Positions 10,801 through 19,287 are shown, counted from the first letter of the stretch. The stretch is 35,195 nucleotides of DNA from Bacteroidota bacterium (GCA_046047375.1 JBJOIB010000268.1:1-35195); one strand, 5' to 3'. Numbers and translations: made by a program. Notes: generated from the sequence alone by a model not told the origin.

Positions 10801-10884
10801 TGCCAGTGAGGATATGCTAAGAAGCAGCCCCAATGCAAGCCACAGTGCCCGTCCGAACAGACGATCTGTGAGCTGTTGTTTCAC
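4804..10884 (-). CDS. Giant secreted multi-repeat surface protein (adhesin-like), 2026 aa
   Basis: Signal-like N-terminus (ALWLALGLLLSISSLAQ). Ten ~65-aa (G/A)EYF(F/W)D-x-DPG-x-GNG ... GxWG(I/M)TRT repeats. Three PKD-like domains (e.g. YSWDVFADGT...YEVKLTVVDD). One LamG_3-like domain (FTISYWFKG...KVRIFDTELSVTEVVDLY). Ig-like modules and three SprB-type repeats (e.g. YSYDWSTGATTAGITSLSSGSYEVTVSDGTC). TSP3-like DTDGDGVPDDIDNCPD, a MopE-like CDDSNPLVYPGAPPTADGVDNNCDG motif, and two C-terminal dockerin-like loops. Confidence 0.92.
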   Translation of the reverse strand: MKQQLTDRLFGRALWLALGLLLSISSLAQNLIEGEYFFDDDPGPGLGVPIAILPDSQVDITINGPTLGLEAGFHTFSVRFKDQFGVYGMTSTTSFFVNVTAYAFPELPQVLTLVGGEYFWDTDPGAGNGIPMYFPANGNDVQMSIPPPSTEGTHLLGMRVLSQDGKWSLAEWREVQYGNEDPSPLIAHFTYSPNNPMPGVAVNFTSDSQNASGNAIYSWDVFADGTVESNGSSFNYTFPGPGIYEVKLTVVDDETPLVDNALVNYEFFEASAQDEQGLFSPLSGSNGVMFTPGKEGDILGALDLDGGMYEASATPVTLGDFTISYWFKGAYAYALLSLGSNPANGYRGVVSGYHQIGGNSIYAGNSNLYNGNAWAHFALTVNGTTGETKAYLNGVQTSSATFSYSGIFADELLLNYASLAEGSMDKVRIFDTELSVTEVVDLYEENIAFSTYIDLVQVGDLPAELVVTGETVICADEFVTLTAPVSDAYAWSNGETTQSIQVNEAGLYSCVLTSGGFDYISSSVEIVVNPLPVVSLSITDAVNGENGNVIPVWNEFEFPSYSFSWSTGETTPGISGLTPGSYSVEVTNGICSVDIPFVIANELVAPLQGVVRGEYFVDTDPGVGSGTAFTLASGQEINAPINVDLAGFSAGFHSISVRLQDAEGEWGMTRTHNVFVNDPDAEVIDYQALQIVAGEYFFDETDPGAGNGIPITALVAGESLSLLEPVPTTGLSGGQHRISFRFRDADGAWGITASTIFAVDYILPPLLPDFHLPIVEAEYFFDNNDPGPGNATPLQLAAGTDVQFPAECDVTGLSVGSHRISIRVLDVWGQWSITRTHVFNVVEPACTVPEPSFTVSTIGPNQLLLSSTTTGLESGGVITWDVDGDGVVDGTGATITASFSGPGTYPVTLTAGNGITCTTSIVQWVDVLPLTDLSIVASGALAFCSPGSVVLTAPAGSGYVWNTLEQTQSIEVSESGFYQCYFVDANGFGWVSETVEVEAYPAMTIETDVVASTNGLMNGSAALFVSGGNSFSYDIQWSSGEQTAIIAGVAAGNYTAVISDGTCSQTIAVVIANETVEPIVGLVEAEYFFGEDPGVGNGTPLLIPENIEIDTYLNIETIGLTAGYHQLSLRAKEVNGRWGITRTFSVYLDDENPEVVTTPAVDILRGEYFFDDQDPGIGNGFGFELPVPDTNIDFTASVDAAGLEPGMHKINVRMKDDNGHWGFVRSTFFVIEITIPSNLPDATFPIVAAEYFFDAQDPGVGMAIDIPVQPGVNLQQVAAIEVAGLLPGVHRLNVRTKDLNDKWSVTRTSYFTVQQVPCAVPVASFDAQQNIAGGTVVDFVSTSSNLLPEATFGWDFDGDGNADASGATTTHTFPQPGEYQVALMVSNGGDCNDIEVVTITIGEPVSTALDVNGLTTFCEGGEVILTAPVGSNVIWNNGVQSNSISVQTSGTYFCSFEDAFGNTYVSESVDVVVYPAVQAEIIVNAETNNLGNGSAIVIASGGSAYVYSYDWSTGATTAGITSLSSGSYEVTVSDGTCTSTAVASVANVIVSDGVFAGEYFWNGDPGVGNGIAIPVTQGNVVGSIADIPTVGLTEGYHVLGVRMRDAQGEWGMATFLGVYLSEEDVLPQEPAADIVVGEYFFDSADPGPGNALQLIVDPSAPVVTASYDIDIAGLSPGEHLISVRVKNADGRWGITRTSSFNMCNPPAAPQVVDLSIDLCGGDNLVLTAVDQGYPVTWYGPDGQSFSGLTWTRTNVSEAIEGTYLCVQESEACCYSVPTEFMVDVLETPVITSLISGATTICPLTDDAAYYLEPVDNATNYTWTLPAGTTIVSGNNSNNIGLDFNNVTLETGEIFVVVSNICGSDQSSPLIIQFECIGLDTDGDGVPDDIDNCPDVFNPTQELFTFYLDSDGDGFGDVNEPVQLCQVQSGYVLDSSDCDDSNPLVYPGAPPTADGVDNNCDGTIGPGEVACFADLNNDGLVNTADLLILLSNMGCTSNCGAADMNNDGAVNTADLLILLSMLGQACG
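6247..9051 (-). repeat. Two tandem ~460-aa super-modules inside the giant gene, each [3 x EYFFD repeat]-PKD-Ig-SprB
   Basis: Residues 612-1072 (DNA 7669-9051) and 1084-1546 (DNA 6247-7635) have the same domain order. They are roughly one-third identical at protein level by eye, so this is a diverged coding duplication, not a DNA-level repeat. Confidence 0.8.
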
Positions 10885-10905
10885 AACTAACGTGTTTTGA
10901 GACGA

Positions 10906-11988
10906 TTAGTCGCGGCTAACAGCCTGGATATTGATTTGCAATGTTCCTCCAACCGGAACTGAAGATACCGGAATATCGAGGGAAGTTACTGCAGGAATTT
11001 TTGCGTATTTGTATAGGTTAGCCACAGGTGAGTTGCCACTGTTGATACCAATATCACTTCCGTTTGTACCAGTGCCAATAGCAGGAGAACCAGCCTGTAG
11101 GCTGTAGTCATATCCCCAAGAATGAGCAACACCACCCAATGCAGGATAGTTCACCAACTCTGGATCTACGTTTACCAAGTTACCACTACCAACGTTTGTT
11201 CCGTATGGCAAATCGTTGGCGTTGCACAAATAAGAAAGGTTGTTGTTGAACGTGCTGTTCACCAAACCAGTCGGTTCACAACGATAGAAAATGTTGTTTT
11301 CTAACACGATTTCCTGCATGTCTCCTGAAAACGCACCTGAAGTGCGGTTGATAAACAAGTTGTTGCGGAATACCACGTTCCCGTTGTAATCCATGTTATT
11401 TGTGTAAGCTGAAGTGAAGTAGAAGTTGTCTACAACATTATTTGTGAAGATTAGGTTCGAAATCAACACCGGCTGTGGATAGCCAAAGCTCAACCCCCCA
11501 TTCTGGAACAGGCAATTTCTGAAGGTAACATTCGACAAGCCATCGTAGCTGTACAGTCCACCCCCGTTTAGGCGACAACGCTCAATGATAATGTCGTTTA
11601 ACGTGCGCTGACCTGTGCTCGCTCCGCTGAAGTTACTGTCAAAATATACCTGACCAACATGAACACCATAAATTCGGCTTCCGCTAGAGCTCAACGAAGA
11701 ATTCAATCGATAAAAGTAAATTTGACTGATATATGTTTTCGGAAAATCCACCCCGTCAATTGACTCACCGTAAATCACCAACGGCTTCACCATAGTAACA
11801 CCGGCATAGTTTGTAGTGCTTCCAGTTACAAGCAATGTATCTCCAGGCGAAGCGGCGTCATGCGCATCTTGCACGGTTGTAAATTGAGCCGGACGGTTTG
11901 CGTCGTTCGAAACGGTCCATACAGTAGCAGAAGCAATAGCAGGAGCAAAACCAGCTAAGGCTAACAAAAGAGTTTTAAAGTTATTCAT
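10906..11988 (-). CDS. Secreted right-handed parallel beta-helix repeat protein
   Basis: The ORF track gives 10906-12015. I prefer the ATG at 11988 (MNNFKTLLLALAGFAPAIASA signal peptide) because a -7 promoter box overlaps codon 1 of the longer ORF. Repetitive N-rich rungs (FRNCLFQNGG, FTNNVVDNFYF, FRNNLFINRT, LENNIFYRCE) are typical of the pectin-lyase fold. The stop lies 22 nt upstream of the giant gene start. Confidence 0.8.
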   Translation of the reverse strand: MNNFKTLLLALAGFAPAIASATVWTVSNDANRPAQFTTVQDAHDAASPGDTLLVTGSTTNYAGVTMVKPLVIYGESIDGVDFPKTYISQIYFYRLNSSLSSSGSRIYGVHVGQVYFDSNFSGASTGQRTLNDIIIERCRLNGGGLYSYDGLSNVTFRNCLFQNGGLSFGYPQPVLISNLIFTNNVVDNFYFTSAYTNNMDYNGNVVFRNNLFINRTSGAFSGDMQEIVLENNIFYRCEPTGLVNSTFNNNLSYLCNANDLPYGTNVGSGNLVNVDPELVNYPALGGVAHSWGYDYSLQAGSPAIGTGTNGSDIGINSGNSPVANLYKYAKIPAVTSLDIPVSSVPVGGTLQINIQAVSRD

Positions 11989-12012
11989 CACGTGTTTTGT
12001 TAAATTAGTCTT

Positions 12013-12020
12013 CAAAAGTA
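12013..12020 (-). promoter_or_regulatory. Bacteroidota-type -7 promoter box (TACTTTTG = TAnnTTTG)
   Basis: This is an exact match to the TAnnTTTG consensus on the minus strand, 25 nt upstream of the ATG at 11988. Confidence 0.4.
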
Positions 12021-12311
12021 CATTTTTGATCGCTTAATAAGGTGTTTTTTTCGACAAACAACACACCCTACCCCATTTAAAGCAAGATAAAACCCTAGCC
12101 GAATTCCATTCGTAGACATTTTAATACCGATCATCGAAAGACGAAGTGCAATGTTGACCAAAGTGTTGGTTTATGCCACGAATGACAGTAAATTGGCTTC
12201 ACCTTACGACGCGGAAACGAATTATACGAATTGATGGACAGGCAGATGTACCAACAAGAAATAGGTACACTGATGTCGATGTTACATCTATTCAAAACGA
12301 ATTGAACAGGT

Positions 12312-14519
12312 TTGACAATGTGGGTAAGAAATACCGAACTCCTCAATTGTGTGGTAACGATATTCAACCAAAACACTGATACTTTTTGGTGGTGTGGATA
12401 TGTCATGTTTCTACTTGTGCTCATATTGGCATTACTAGTCTTCTCTATGAAAGCGCGAGACACAAGTTTGCTAGGCAAGCTAAAGCGATACATAGACCCC
12501 TACAAAAATCGCATCGAACAACTGAATGCGGAAATTCAGGATCTCAAGTCCAAAAACAATCAGCTTTCATCAAAGCTTGGTGAATTGTCATCTGCATCCT
12601 TGCAAAAAACAGAAGAAATCGAAGGACAATTCTACCAAACCATGATGCAAAACGTTATTGATACAGCCTTAGACGCTGTCATCATTACGAGCGGAACGTC
12701 TATTGTTATTGAGTGGAATAGACAAGCAGAGGTGATTTTTGGTTACACACGAGAAGAGGCACTAGGCAAAAATCTGGCTGAGCTAATCATCCCCGAAATG
12801 CATCAATCAGCTCATGAAGCAGGTGTGAATCGCTACCATGAAACCAAAAGAGGACCGGTTCTGAATAAACAAATTGAAGTTCCGGCAAAATGCAAGGATG
12901 GAAGTGAAATCCTTATATCCTTGTTTATTACACCCGTTGAAATGAAAGGTGAGATCATCTTTTCCTCTTTCATTCGAAACATCACCCACCAAAAATTCTT
13001 GCAGAAAGAAGTAGAGAAGCAGCAAGAAATCAACTCATCCATCCTGAATGCACTCCCCATTGTTATTTCCCTGAAAAACAGTGAACACAAGTACATTTTC
13101 TCCAACCGCTTTATGCTGGAGCAGATGGGACTTCAACAGGAAGATCTTCTCGGAAAAACAGATTTTGATTTGTATCCCAAAGAACATGCAGATCATACGC
13201 ATCAACAAGACATTGAAATATGGAGCAGTGGACAAACATTGCTCGAAGAGCAACGCATTGAACGAAACGGAAGAACGCAACATTTGCTAAGTGGAAAGTA
13301 CCTCGTAAAACCGTTCGAGGATGATCGTACTAGTCAGTTTCTACTTTCGTTTTGTTTCGACATTACTGAGCAAAAAAGAGCTCAGGAGCAGCTAATAAAA
13401 GCGCTAAAGACGAAAGACGAGTTTCTTTCAACCATGAGCCATGAAATACGTACGCCTTTGCACAGTATTGTGGCTATCAGCGAACTATTGCAAAAGAAGC
13501 AATTCAACGCAGAAGAAGAAGAGCTTGTGAACACTCTCTTTTTCTCATCCAATCACTTACTCGGTCTAATCAATGATATCCTCGATTTCGCGCGGATAAA
13601 CTCGGGGAAGCTTGCCCTTGAAAAACGCCCATTCGATCTGTCTGAACTTTTACAAAAAATCAGTCGCCAATCGGAGATATTGAACAAGCGAAATGTCAAC
13701 TTCACCTTCGAGGGGGTTAACTTACCGGCGGTTCGTGTTCTGGGCGACTCCTTGAGACTCAATCAAGTTTTGAGCAACCTCCTCTCCAATGCCTTCAAGT
13801 TTACGCATCAAGGATTTGTAAAATTGAAAGTTGTAACCACTCCTATAAGCAATCACCGTGTTCGCATAGATTTTTATGTTATTGACTCCGGAATTGGCAT
13901 CAAAGCGAGCAACCTGGAGTTGATCAACGAGGCATTCACGCAAGAAAATAGTTCAATATCGCGCAAGTATGGAGGAACTGGACTCGGTTTGAGCATCGTG
14001 AACAGCCTCTTGAAAATGTGTGGTAGTCAACTCCACATTCAAAGCGAATTTGGCGCCGGTTCAACCTTCAGCTTCACATACGAATTCGAACTGGAGGTTA
14101 AACAAAATGAGCTAAACATCGAAGAAAAAGAACACTCACCAACTGCGGCCATCAAGGTGAAAAGGATTCTTTACGTTGAGGATATGCTCCCTAACCAAAT
14201 GGTAATGGCTGCCATCGTGAAACAACTAGGAATAGATATTTCAATGGCCAACTCTGCAATGGAAGCCCTCGAATTGTGTGCTTCAAATGCGTATGACCTC
14301 ATCCTTATGGACATCCAAATGCCAGAAATTGACGGAACGCAGGCATTGAAAATGCTACATGAAAAATACCCAGAAATAAGACAAATTCCGGCGATTGCTT
14401 TCACCGCCAATGCATCGAAAGAAGAAATAGATTTTTACCTCGGCAACGGTTTTGTGCATGTGCTCACCAAACCCATCACTCCATCAAAATTTACACAATT
14501 CTTAAGTGAAATAAAATGA
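12312..14519 (+). CDS. Hybrid sensor histidine kinase (TM, coiled coil, 2 x PAS, HisKA, HATPase_c, receiver)
   Basis: H-box LSTMSHEIRTPLHS and G-box KYGGTGLGLSIV. The C-terminal receiver has ILYVEDMLPNQ...LILMDIQMPEIDG...LTKP. The true start may be ATG 12405 (MFLLVLILALLVFSM, a TM segment). Confidence 0.9.
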   Translation: MTMWVRNTELLNCVVTIFNQNTDTFWWCGYVMFLLVLILALLVFSMKARDTSLLGKLKRYIDPYKNRIEQLNAEIQDLKSKNNQLSSKLGELSSASLQKTEEIEGQFYQTMMQNVIDTALDAVIITSGTSIVIEWNRQAEVIFGYTREEALGKNLAELIIPEMHQSAHEAGVNRYHETKRGPVLNKQIEVPAKCKDGSEILISLFITPVEMKGEIIFSSFIRNITHQKFLQKEVEKQQEINSSILNALPIVISLKNSEHKYIFSNRFMLEQMGLQQEDLLGKTDFDLYPKEHADHTHQQDIEIWSSGQTLLEEQRIERNGRTQHLLSGKYLVKPFEDDRTSQFLLSFCFDITEQKRAQEQLIKALKTKDEFLSTMSHEIRTPLHSIVAISELLQKKQFNAEEEELVNTLFFSSNHLLGLINDILDFARINSGKLALEKRPFDLSELLQKISRQSEILNKRNVNFTFEGVNLPAVRVLGDSLRLNQVLSNLLSNAFKFTHQGFVKLKVVTTPISNHRVRIDFYVIDSGIGIKASNLELINEAFTQENSSISRKYGGTGLGLSIVNSLLKMCGSQLHIQSEFGAGSTFSFTYEFELEVKQNELNIEEKEHSPTAAIKVKRILYVEDMLPNQMVMAAIVKQLGIDISMANSAMEALELCASNAYDLILMDIQMPEIDGTQALKMLHEKYPEIRQIPAIAFTANASKEEIDFYLGNGFVHVLTKPITPSKFTQFLSEIK

Positions 14520-14860
14520 GCCCATTCAACCTTTCCGAAGAATTAACCATGGACCATTTGGCACGGATTTTTGAAAACCGTACCTCCTTAAAGCAATACC
14601 TCGAAACGTGCAGGTCAGAGTTTGTTAAATGTTTTAAGAAAATAGACTCGTCCATCAACGAAGTCGATTTAAAGTCCTTGGCAGAAAGCAGGCATCGCCT
14701 TTACCCTACCTTGGATTTACTGGGGGTACGGACCCTTTCTCAGGCTTATAAATCGTTCGATACACTGTCTGACGAAAGGCGATCAGCCTTCATTCATGAA
14801 GTAAAAAAAGCACATCAAATCATCATCGATTTCATTGACGACGAGCTTGATCGATTATAG
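14516..14860 (+). CDS. Small Hpt-like (histidine phosphotransfer) protein
   Basis: 114 aa. Its ATG overlaps the kinase stop (ATGA). The sequence is predicted to be all-helical and contains SRHRLYPTLDLLGV, resembling the H-x-L-K-G-x5-LG phosphotransfer motif. Confidence 0.55.
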   Translation: MSPFNLSEELTMDHLARIFENRTSLKQYLETCRSEFVKCFKKIDSSINEVDLKSLAESRHRLYPTLDLLGVRTLSQAYKSFDTLSDERRSAFIHEVKKAHQIIIDFIDDELDRL

Positions 14861-14918
14861 CCGAATTTTGATCGCTACACTTAAATTCGAAATAATTCAT
14901 TAAATTTGCACCCACTTT

Positions 14919-15850
<932 letters not shown>

Positions 15851-15896
15851 ACCCTGTAGCGTGTTTGCACCGAACACACTTAAAAGCGTTAATGCT

Positions 15897-16045
15897 AAAG
15901 GCAGGCCTTCTGACTTGTTCCGTTTCTGCGCCTTCCCGACCAAATGTCAGTGGCTAAGATTGCAGAAACACAAAAGGAACTTACAGCTGCGGGCACAGTT
16001 CCGGACTTATACCGGATTCCCTATTAAACTCTTGCGAGAGCCAAA
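15897..16045 (-). promoter_or_regulatory. Cobalamin (B12) riboswitch
   Basis: The minus-strand RNA reads TTAATAGGGAATCCGGTATAAGTCCGGAACTGTGCCCGCAGCTGTAAG ... GCCACTGACATTTGGTCGGGAAGGCG ... AAGTCAGAAGGCCTGCC. This matches the conserved core and the B12 box (DNA 15900-15915) of the cobalamin riboswitch as seen in the E. coli btuB leader. It lies directly upstream of a TonB-dependent receptor ORF. Confidence 0.85.
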
Positions 16046-16263
16046 AGCAAGGCAAAAGCACACAAAAAAGTAACGGTTGTGCATTGTTTATTCCCAACTA
16101 TACGAAGCCCAAACATTAAACAGTTTGACACCGGATACATGATTCTTAAAGTCAAAACAATACAAGAATCTGTGTTAAGGAATTTGTTCATTCGAATGCA
16201 ACAGAAGGATGCTTGAACCTCCTCAATAAATTGCCTCGAACTACAAGCAATTGTAAAAAAGAA

Positions 16264-19200
16264 TTATTGACAAGTTGTGCCGAAAGCGGAAAGGAAGGAT
16301 AGCAAGTCACCTGAATTTACAACGCCATCGCCGTTTATGTCGCCTTCACAAGAACTCCCTGAATCAAACAAGCAACTTCCATCATCCGAGGTTGCTAAGG
16401 GCGTGTAATTGAGGGCCAACGGATTCATACATCCAGCAAATAGGCAAGATCCATCATCTACAGCTGCATTCCCATTGTAATTTAAAGCCAACGGATAGGT
16501 ACATCCCTCAGAAGGCTGCACACAAGATGAACATGCACCCCAACATACTAGGTCGAGAATAATGTAAGTATCAATGACTTCAACAACACGATTCGTGAAA
16601 GTACCGGTAGATAAGGTGCAGGTATCACCAGGCGTCAGCTCCTCTTGAATGTTCCATGCGTCAGCGGCATATTTGAACTCATAGAAGCCAGGTGCCAGAG
16701 AAATGGTTGCTTCCCACAAGTCACCGCCAACATTGGTCATAGGAGAACATCCTCCACACCAGCCGTTAAAGGTACCGTTTACCTCTGGTGTGGTGAACGA
16801 ATCGCTCACTTGTGACATATCTACGCGAAATACCACATCGTAAAACACTGCTTGGGAATCACATACAGAACAGCTAGCCCAACAAACAGTTCCTAGATCA
16901 AGACTTTGATCTACCACTTGAATCGTGCGATTCGTAAACACGTCAGTAGTAAGGGTGCAGAAATCACCAGGCGTAAGTTCTTCTTGAATGTTCCATGCGT
17001 CCGCAGCATATTTGAACTCATAGTTGCCTGGGGCTAGAGGTATGATCAGTTCCCAAACAGAGCCTCCAATGTTTGTCATCGGCTGACAGCCCCCGCACCA
17101 GCCATTGAAAGTACCATTCACTTCGGGCGTAATAAACGGATCAGTCACCTCTGACATGTCAACTCGGAACACTACATTGAAATAGCAGCTCCCATCGTCA
17201 ATATTGGCTAATGCATTGTAATTGGCTGCGCCGATATTTGTGCATCCATAGGTCGGGCAGTCAGACGTGTTACCAATAAAAAGCCCTACAGGACCGTTTT
17301 GAGCACTTGCAATCAAAGCCAAACCATCTGTGTTACCTATCATGACAACTGGAATGGTAATCAACTCCGCGTATTGCCCTGCTCCCATTTCAAAGGTATC
17401 ATTTCCAATTACGTTGTTCACAACGATGACTGCAACAGCGCCCGCTTGCTGAGCATTGTAGACCTTTTGAGAAAAAGCACAACTACCTCGCTGTATTAAA
17501 GCTACTTTGCCTGTGAGGTCGTTCGAAGGTGAATTGCACCCGAGCGCGGAGCCATCAAAACTATCAACATATACCACTGCTTGAGCCTCTATGTTGTCGT
17601 GATATCCAACAGGCACGGACCACCCCACAGCATTACTATAAGCATAGGTTATGCTCTCAGGCGATTGCATTGCGACTGTCGGTGTCCAACAAGAGGCATC
17701 GCAAGCCTCTAATCCTGTTGTGCCCCCAACGCAAGTGCCACAGCCATCAATGAAAGCATTACCTCCTTCAAGGCCCTGACAGTCGCAATCGAGGTAATCA
17801 ACTACAACTGAATTACTCGTTGCACAAGTTGAACCTGCAATGTCATTCGGGTCACTGTATACCACTCCGGTGATTGTCCACGGACCAGACAACGGAGGAT
17901 AGCCGCTACCTGAAAACAAACCATTCAAATCGCCATTAAAACTCAATGAAAGAGGTACATCAGTGATGTAGGAGGCCTCCCCAAAGCCACCCGACGCTCC
18001 GACGCCAGGTTGAAACAACAAGCCATACAAGTAACCTTCTGGGATATCAGACCCAACTACATCAAATGTGAAATATGCAGAAGCGCAAAGCGAAGTCGTA
18101 CCAGTAGGAATTGACCCTGCGTTGCAAACGACTGGAGGGTTTCCTGCAGTATTGTTCAAGCGACCAATATAATTTCGATTGACAAGGTCAATGAATTGAA
18201 ATTGACCACCTATCACAAGTTTACCGTCTGACTGAATCGAAATAGAATAAACATTGCCTCCTACATTCGACTGAAAGGATGTATCATAACTTCCATCAGA
18301 ATTGAGGCGCAAAATATAGCCAGAAAATGAGCCCGAGAAAAGCACTTGTCCGTCTGCCTGCTGGAGTATATCTGTTACGTTTGTAATTTGAGTAGAGGTA
18401 GCTGGAAGGGCGAAGCCTGTATCCACAACTCCATTCGCCTCCAAACGAGCAATGCGGGTTCTTGGCTCGTTATTTACAGAAGTAAACGAACCAGCTATTA
18501 AGATTTTCGCATCTGACTGAACATCGATTGCCCGCACAAAACTATTGGGACCGCTACCAATATTGAACGTAACATCAAGAAGACCGTTTGAATTTAAGCG
18601 AATTAATCGTGGTACAGAAGTACCGTTATAAGAGGTAAAATTCCCGCCAATGAGCACTTTACCATCGTCTAACAACTTGGCAGCAAAAACCACGTTATTT
18701 GTGCCTGTCCCTACTGCGAAACTCCAGTCTTTCAAGCCAGACTCGGATAGTTTTACCAAGTTCGCACCTCCGTCTCCGTTGTAAGAGCTGAATATTCCGC
18801 CAACAAATAATGAACCGTCTGGAGCAAGTTCAAGAGTCCAAACCTCACCGGTAAATCCTGTTCCTATGGAAAAGGATGTATCTAGAGAACCGTCGGCATT
18901 GAGCTGAGCTATTCTATTCACAGCAACTCCGTTGTACTCAGTAAAATTACCACCGATGATAATTTTGCCATTCGGTCTGACAGCTATTGCACGTACTCTT
19001 TCGTTTGCACCGGTTCCAGTTTGAAAACTATTATCTACAGAACCGTCGGAATTGAGGCGAATGATACCACCGACCGCAGAACCGTTAAATGCAGAGAAAA
19101 TCCCACCGACAAGTATTTTACCGTCAGGTTGAATCTTGGTCGTCTCTACGGTTGAATTGGCCCCAGCACCTGGATCAAACGATGCATCCAAACTGCCATC

Positions 19201-19287
19201 TTGAGCCAATAGTGCTAATGATGAAAATATAAAAGCAAAAACAAACACCTGCGGACGCAGCATTCTTCGAGAATAAAACTTAATCAT
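16264..19287 (-). CDS. Secreted protein: delta-60/DUF5122-type beta-propeller repeats, PA domain, two CBM-like modules, Cys modules and a dockerin-like tail
   Basis: The ORF track gives 16264-19314. The likelier start is ATG 19287 (MIKFYSRRMLRPQVFVFAFIFSSLALLAQ) or 19263. About seven repeats of DGSLD-SF..G.GAN..V..I...DGKILVGG.F..YNG. PA-like TGKVALIQRGSCAFSQKVYNAQQAGAVAVIVVNN. Duplicated FRVDMS...VNGTFNGWCGGC...YEFKYAADAWNIQEEL modules. C-terminal CEGDINGDGVVNSGDLLSFLSAFGTTCQ. Confidence 0.9.
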   Translation of the reverse strand: MIKFYSRRMLRPQVFVFAFIFSSLALLAQDGSLDASFDPGAGANSTVETTKIQPDGKILVGGIFSAFNGSAVGGIIRLNSDGSVDNSFQTGTGANERVRAIAVRPNGKIIIGGNFTEYNGVAVNRIAQLNADGSLDTSFSIGTGFTGEVWTLELAPDGSLFVGGIFSSYNGDGGANLVKLSESGLKDWSFAVGTGTNNVVFAAKLLDDGKVLIGGNFTSYNGTSVPRLIRLNSNGLLDVTFNIGSGPNSFVRAIDVQSDAKILIAGSFTSVNNEPRTRIARLEANGVVDTGFALPATSTQITNVTDILQQADGQVLFSGSFSGYILRLNSDGSYDTSFQSNVGGNVYSISIQSDGKLVIGGQFQFIDLVNRNYIGRLNNTAGNPPVVCNAGSIPTGTTSLCASAYFTFDVVGSDIPEGYLYGLLFQPGVGASGGFGEASYITDVPLSLSFNGDLNGLFSGSGYPPLSGPWTITGVVYSDPNDIAGSTCATSNSVVVDYLDCDCQGLEGGNAFIDGCGTCVGGTTGLEACDASCWTPTVAMQSPESITYAYSNAVGWSVPVGYHDNIEAQAVVYVDSFDGSALGCNSPSNDLTGKVALIQRGSCAFSQKVYNAQQAGAVAVIVVNNVIGNDTFEMGAGQYAELITIPVVMIGNTDGLALIASAQNGPVGLFIGNTSDCPTYGCTNIGAANYNALANIDDGSCYFNVVFRVDMSEVTDPFITPEVNGTFNGWCGGCQPMTNIGGSVWELIIPLAPGNYEFKYAADAWNIQEELTPGDFCTLTTDVFTNRTIQVVDQSLDLGTVCWASCSVCDSQAVFYDVVFRVDMSQVSDSFTTPEVNGTFNGWCGGCSPMTNVGGDLWEATISLAPGFYEFKYAADAWNIQEELTPGDTCTLSTGTFTNRVVEVIDTYIILDLVCWGACSSCVQPSEGCTYPLALNYNGNAAVDDGSCLFAGCMNPLALNYTPLATSDDGSCLFDSGSSCEGDINGDGVVNSGDLLSFLSAFGTTCQ
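16522..17181 (-). repeat. Tandem duplication of a ~108-aa CBM20/48-like beta-sandwich module
   Basis: Residues 712-818 and 824-931 are roughly 70-75% identical by eye. The DNA shows long identical runs, e.g. the segment encoding YEFKYAADAWNIQEELTPGD. Confidence 0.85.

Noticed and set aside
4804-10884. Regular periodicity at DNA level that could suggest a CRISPR array or satellite.
   Set aside because: The periodic units are ~200-250 bp, diverged, and in one continuous reading frame. There are no short identical direct repeats with unique spacers. These are protein-coding repeats.
4826-10900. A string of 60-108-aa plus-strand ORFs inside the giant gene: 4826-5122, 6001-6321, 7184-7447, 7532-7726, 7976-8302, 8618-8830, 8754-8942, 9446-9640, 10349-10561 and 10700-10900. 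Several short minus-strand off-frame ORFs are also present.
   Set aside because: All are antisense or off-frame shadows of a 6-kb ORF with strong domain content. Their recurring KKYSP/PGS peptides are simply the reverse translation of the EYFFD-DPG repeats.
12131-12493. 120-aa minus-strand ORF and 68-aa plus-strand ORF (12173-12379) in the divergent region upstream of the hybrid kinase.
   Set aside because: They overlap each other and the kinase 5' end. They have no motifs and odd composition, so they are likely promoter-region noise.
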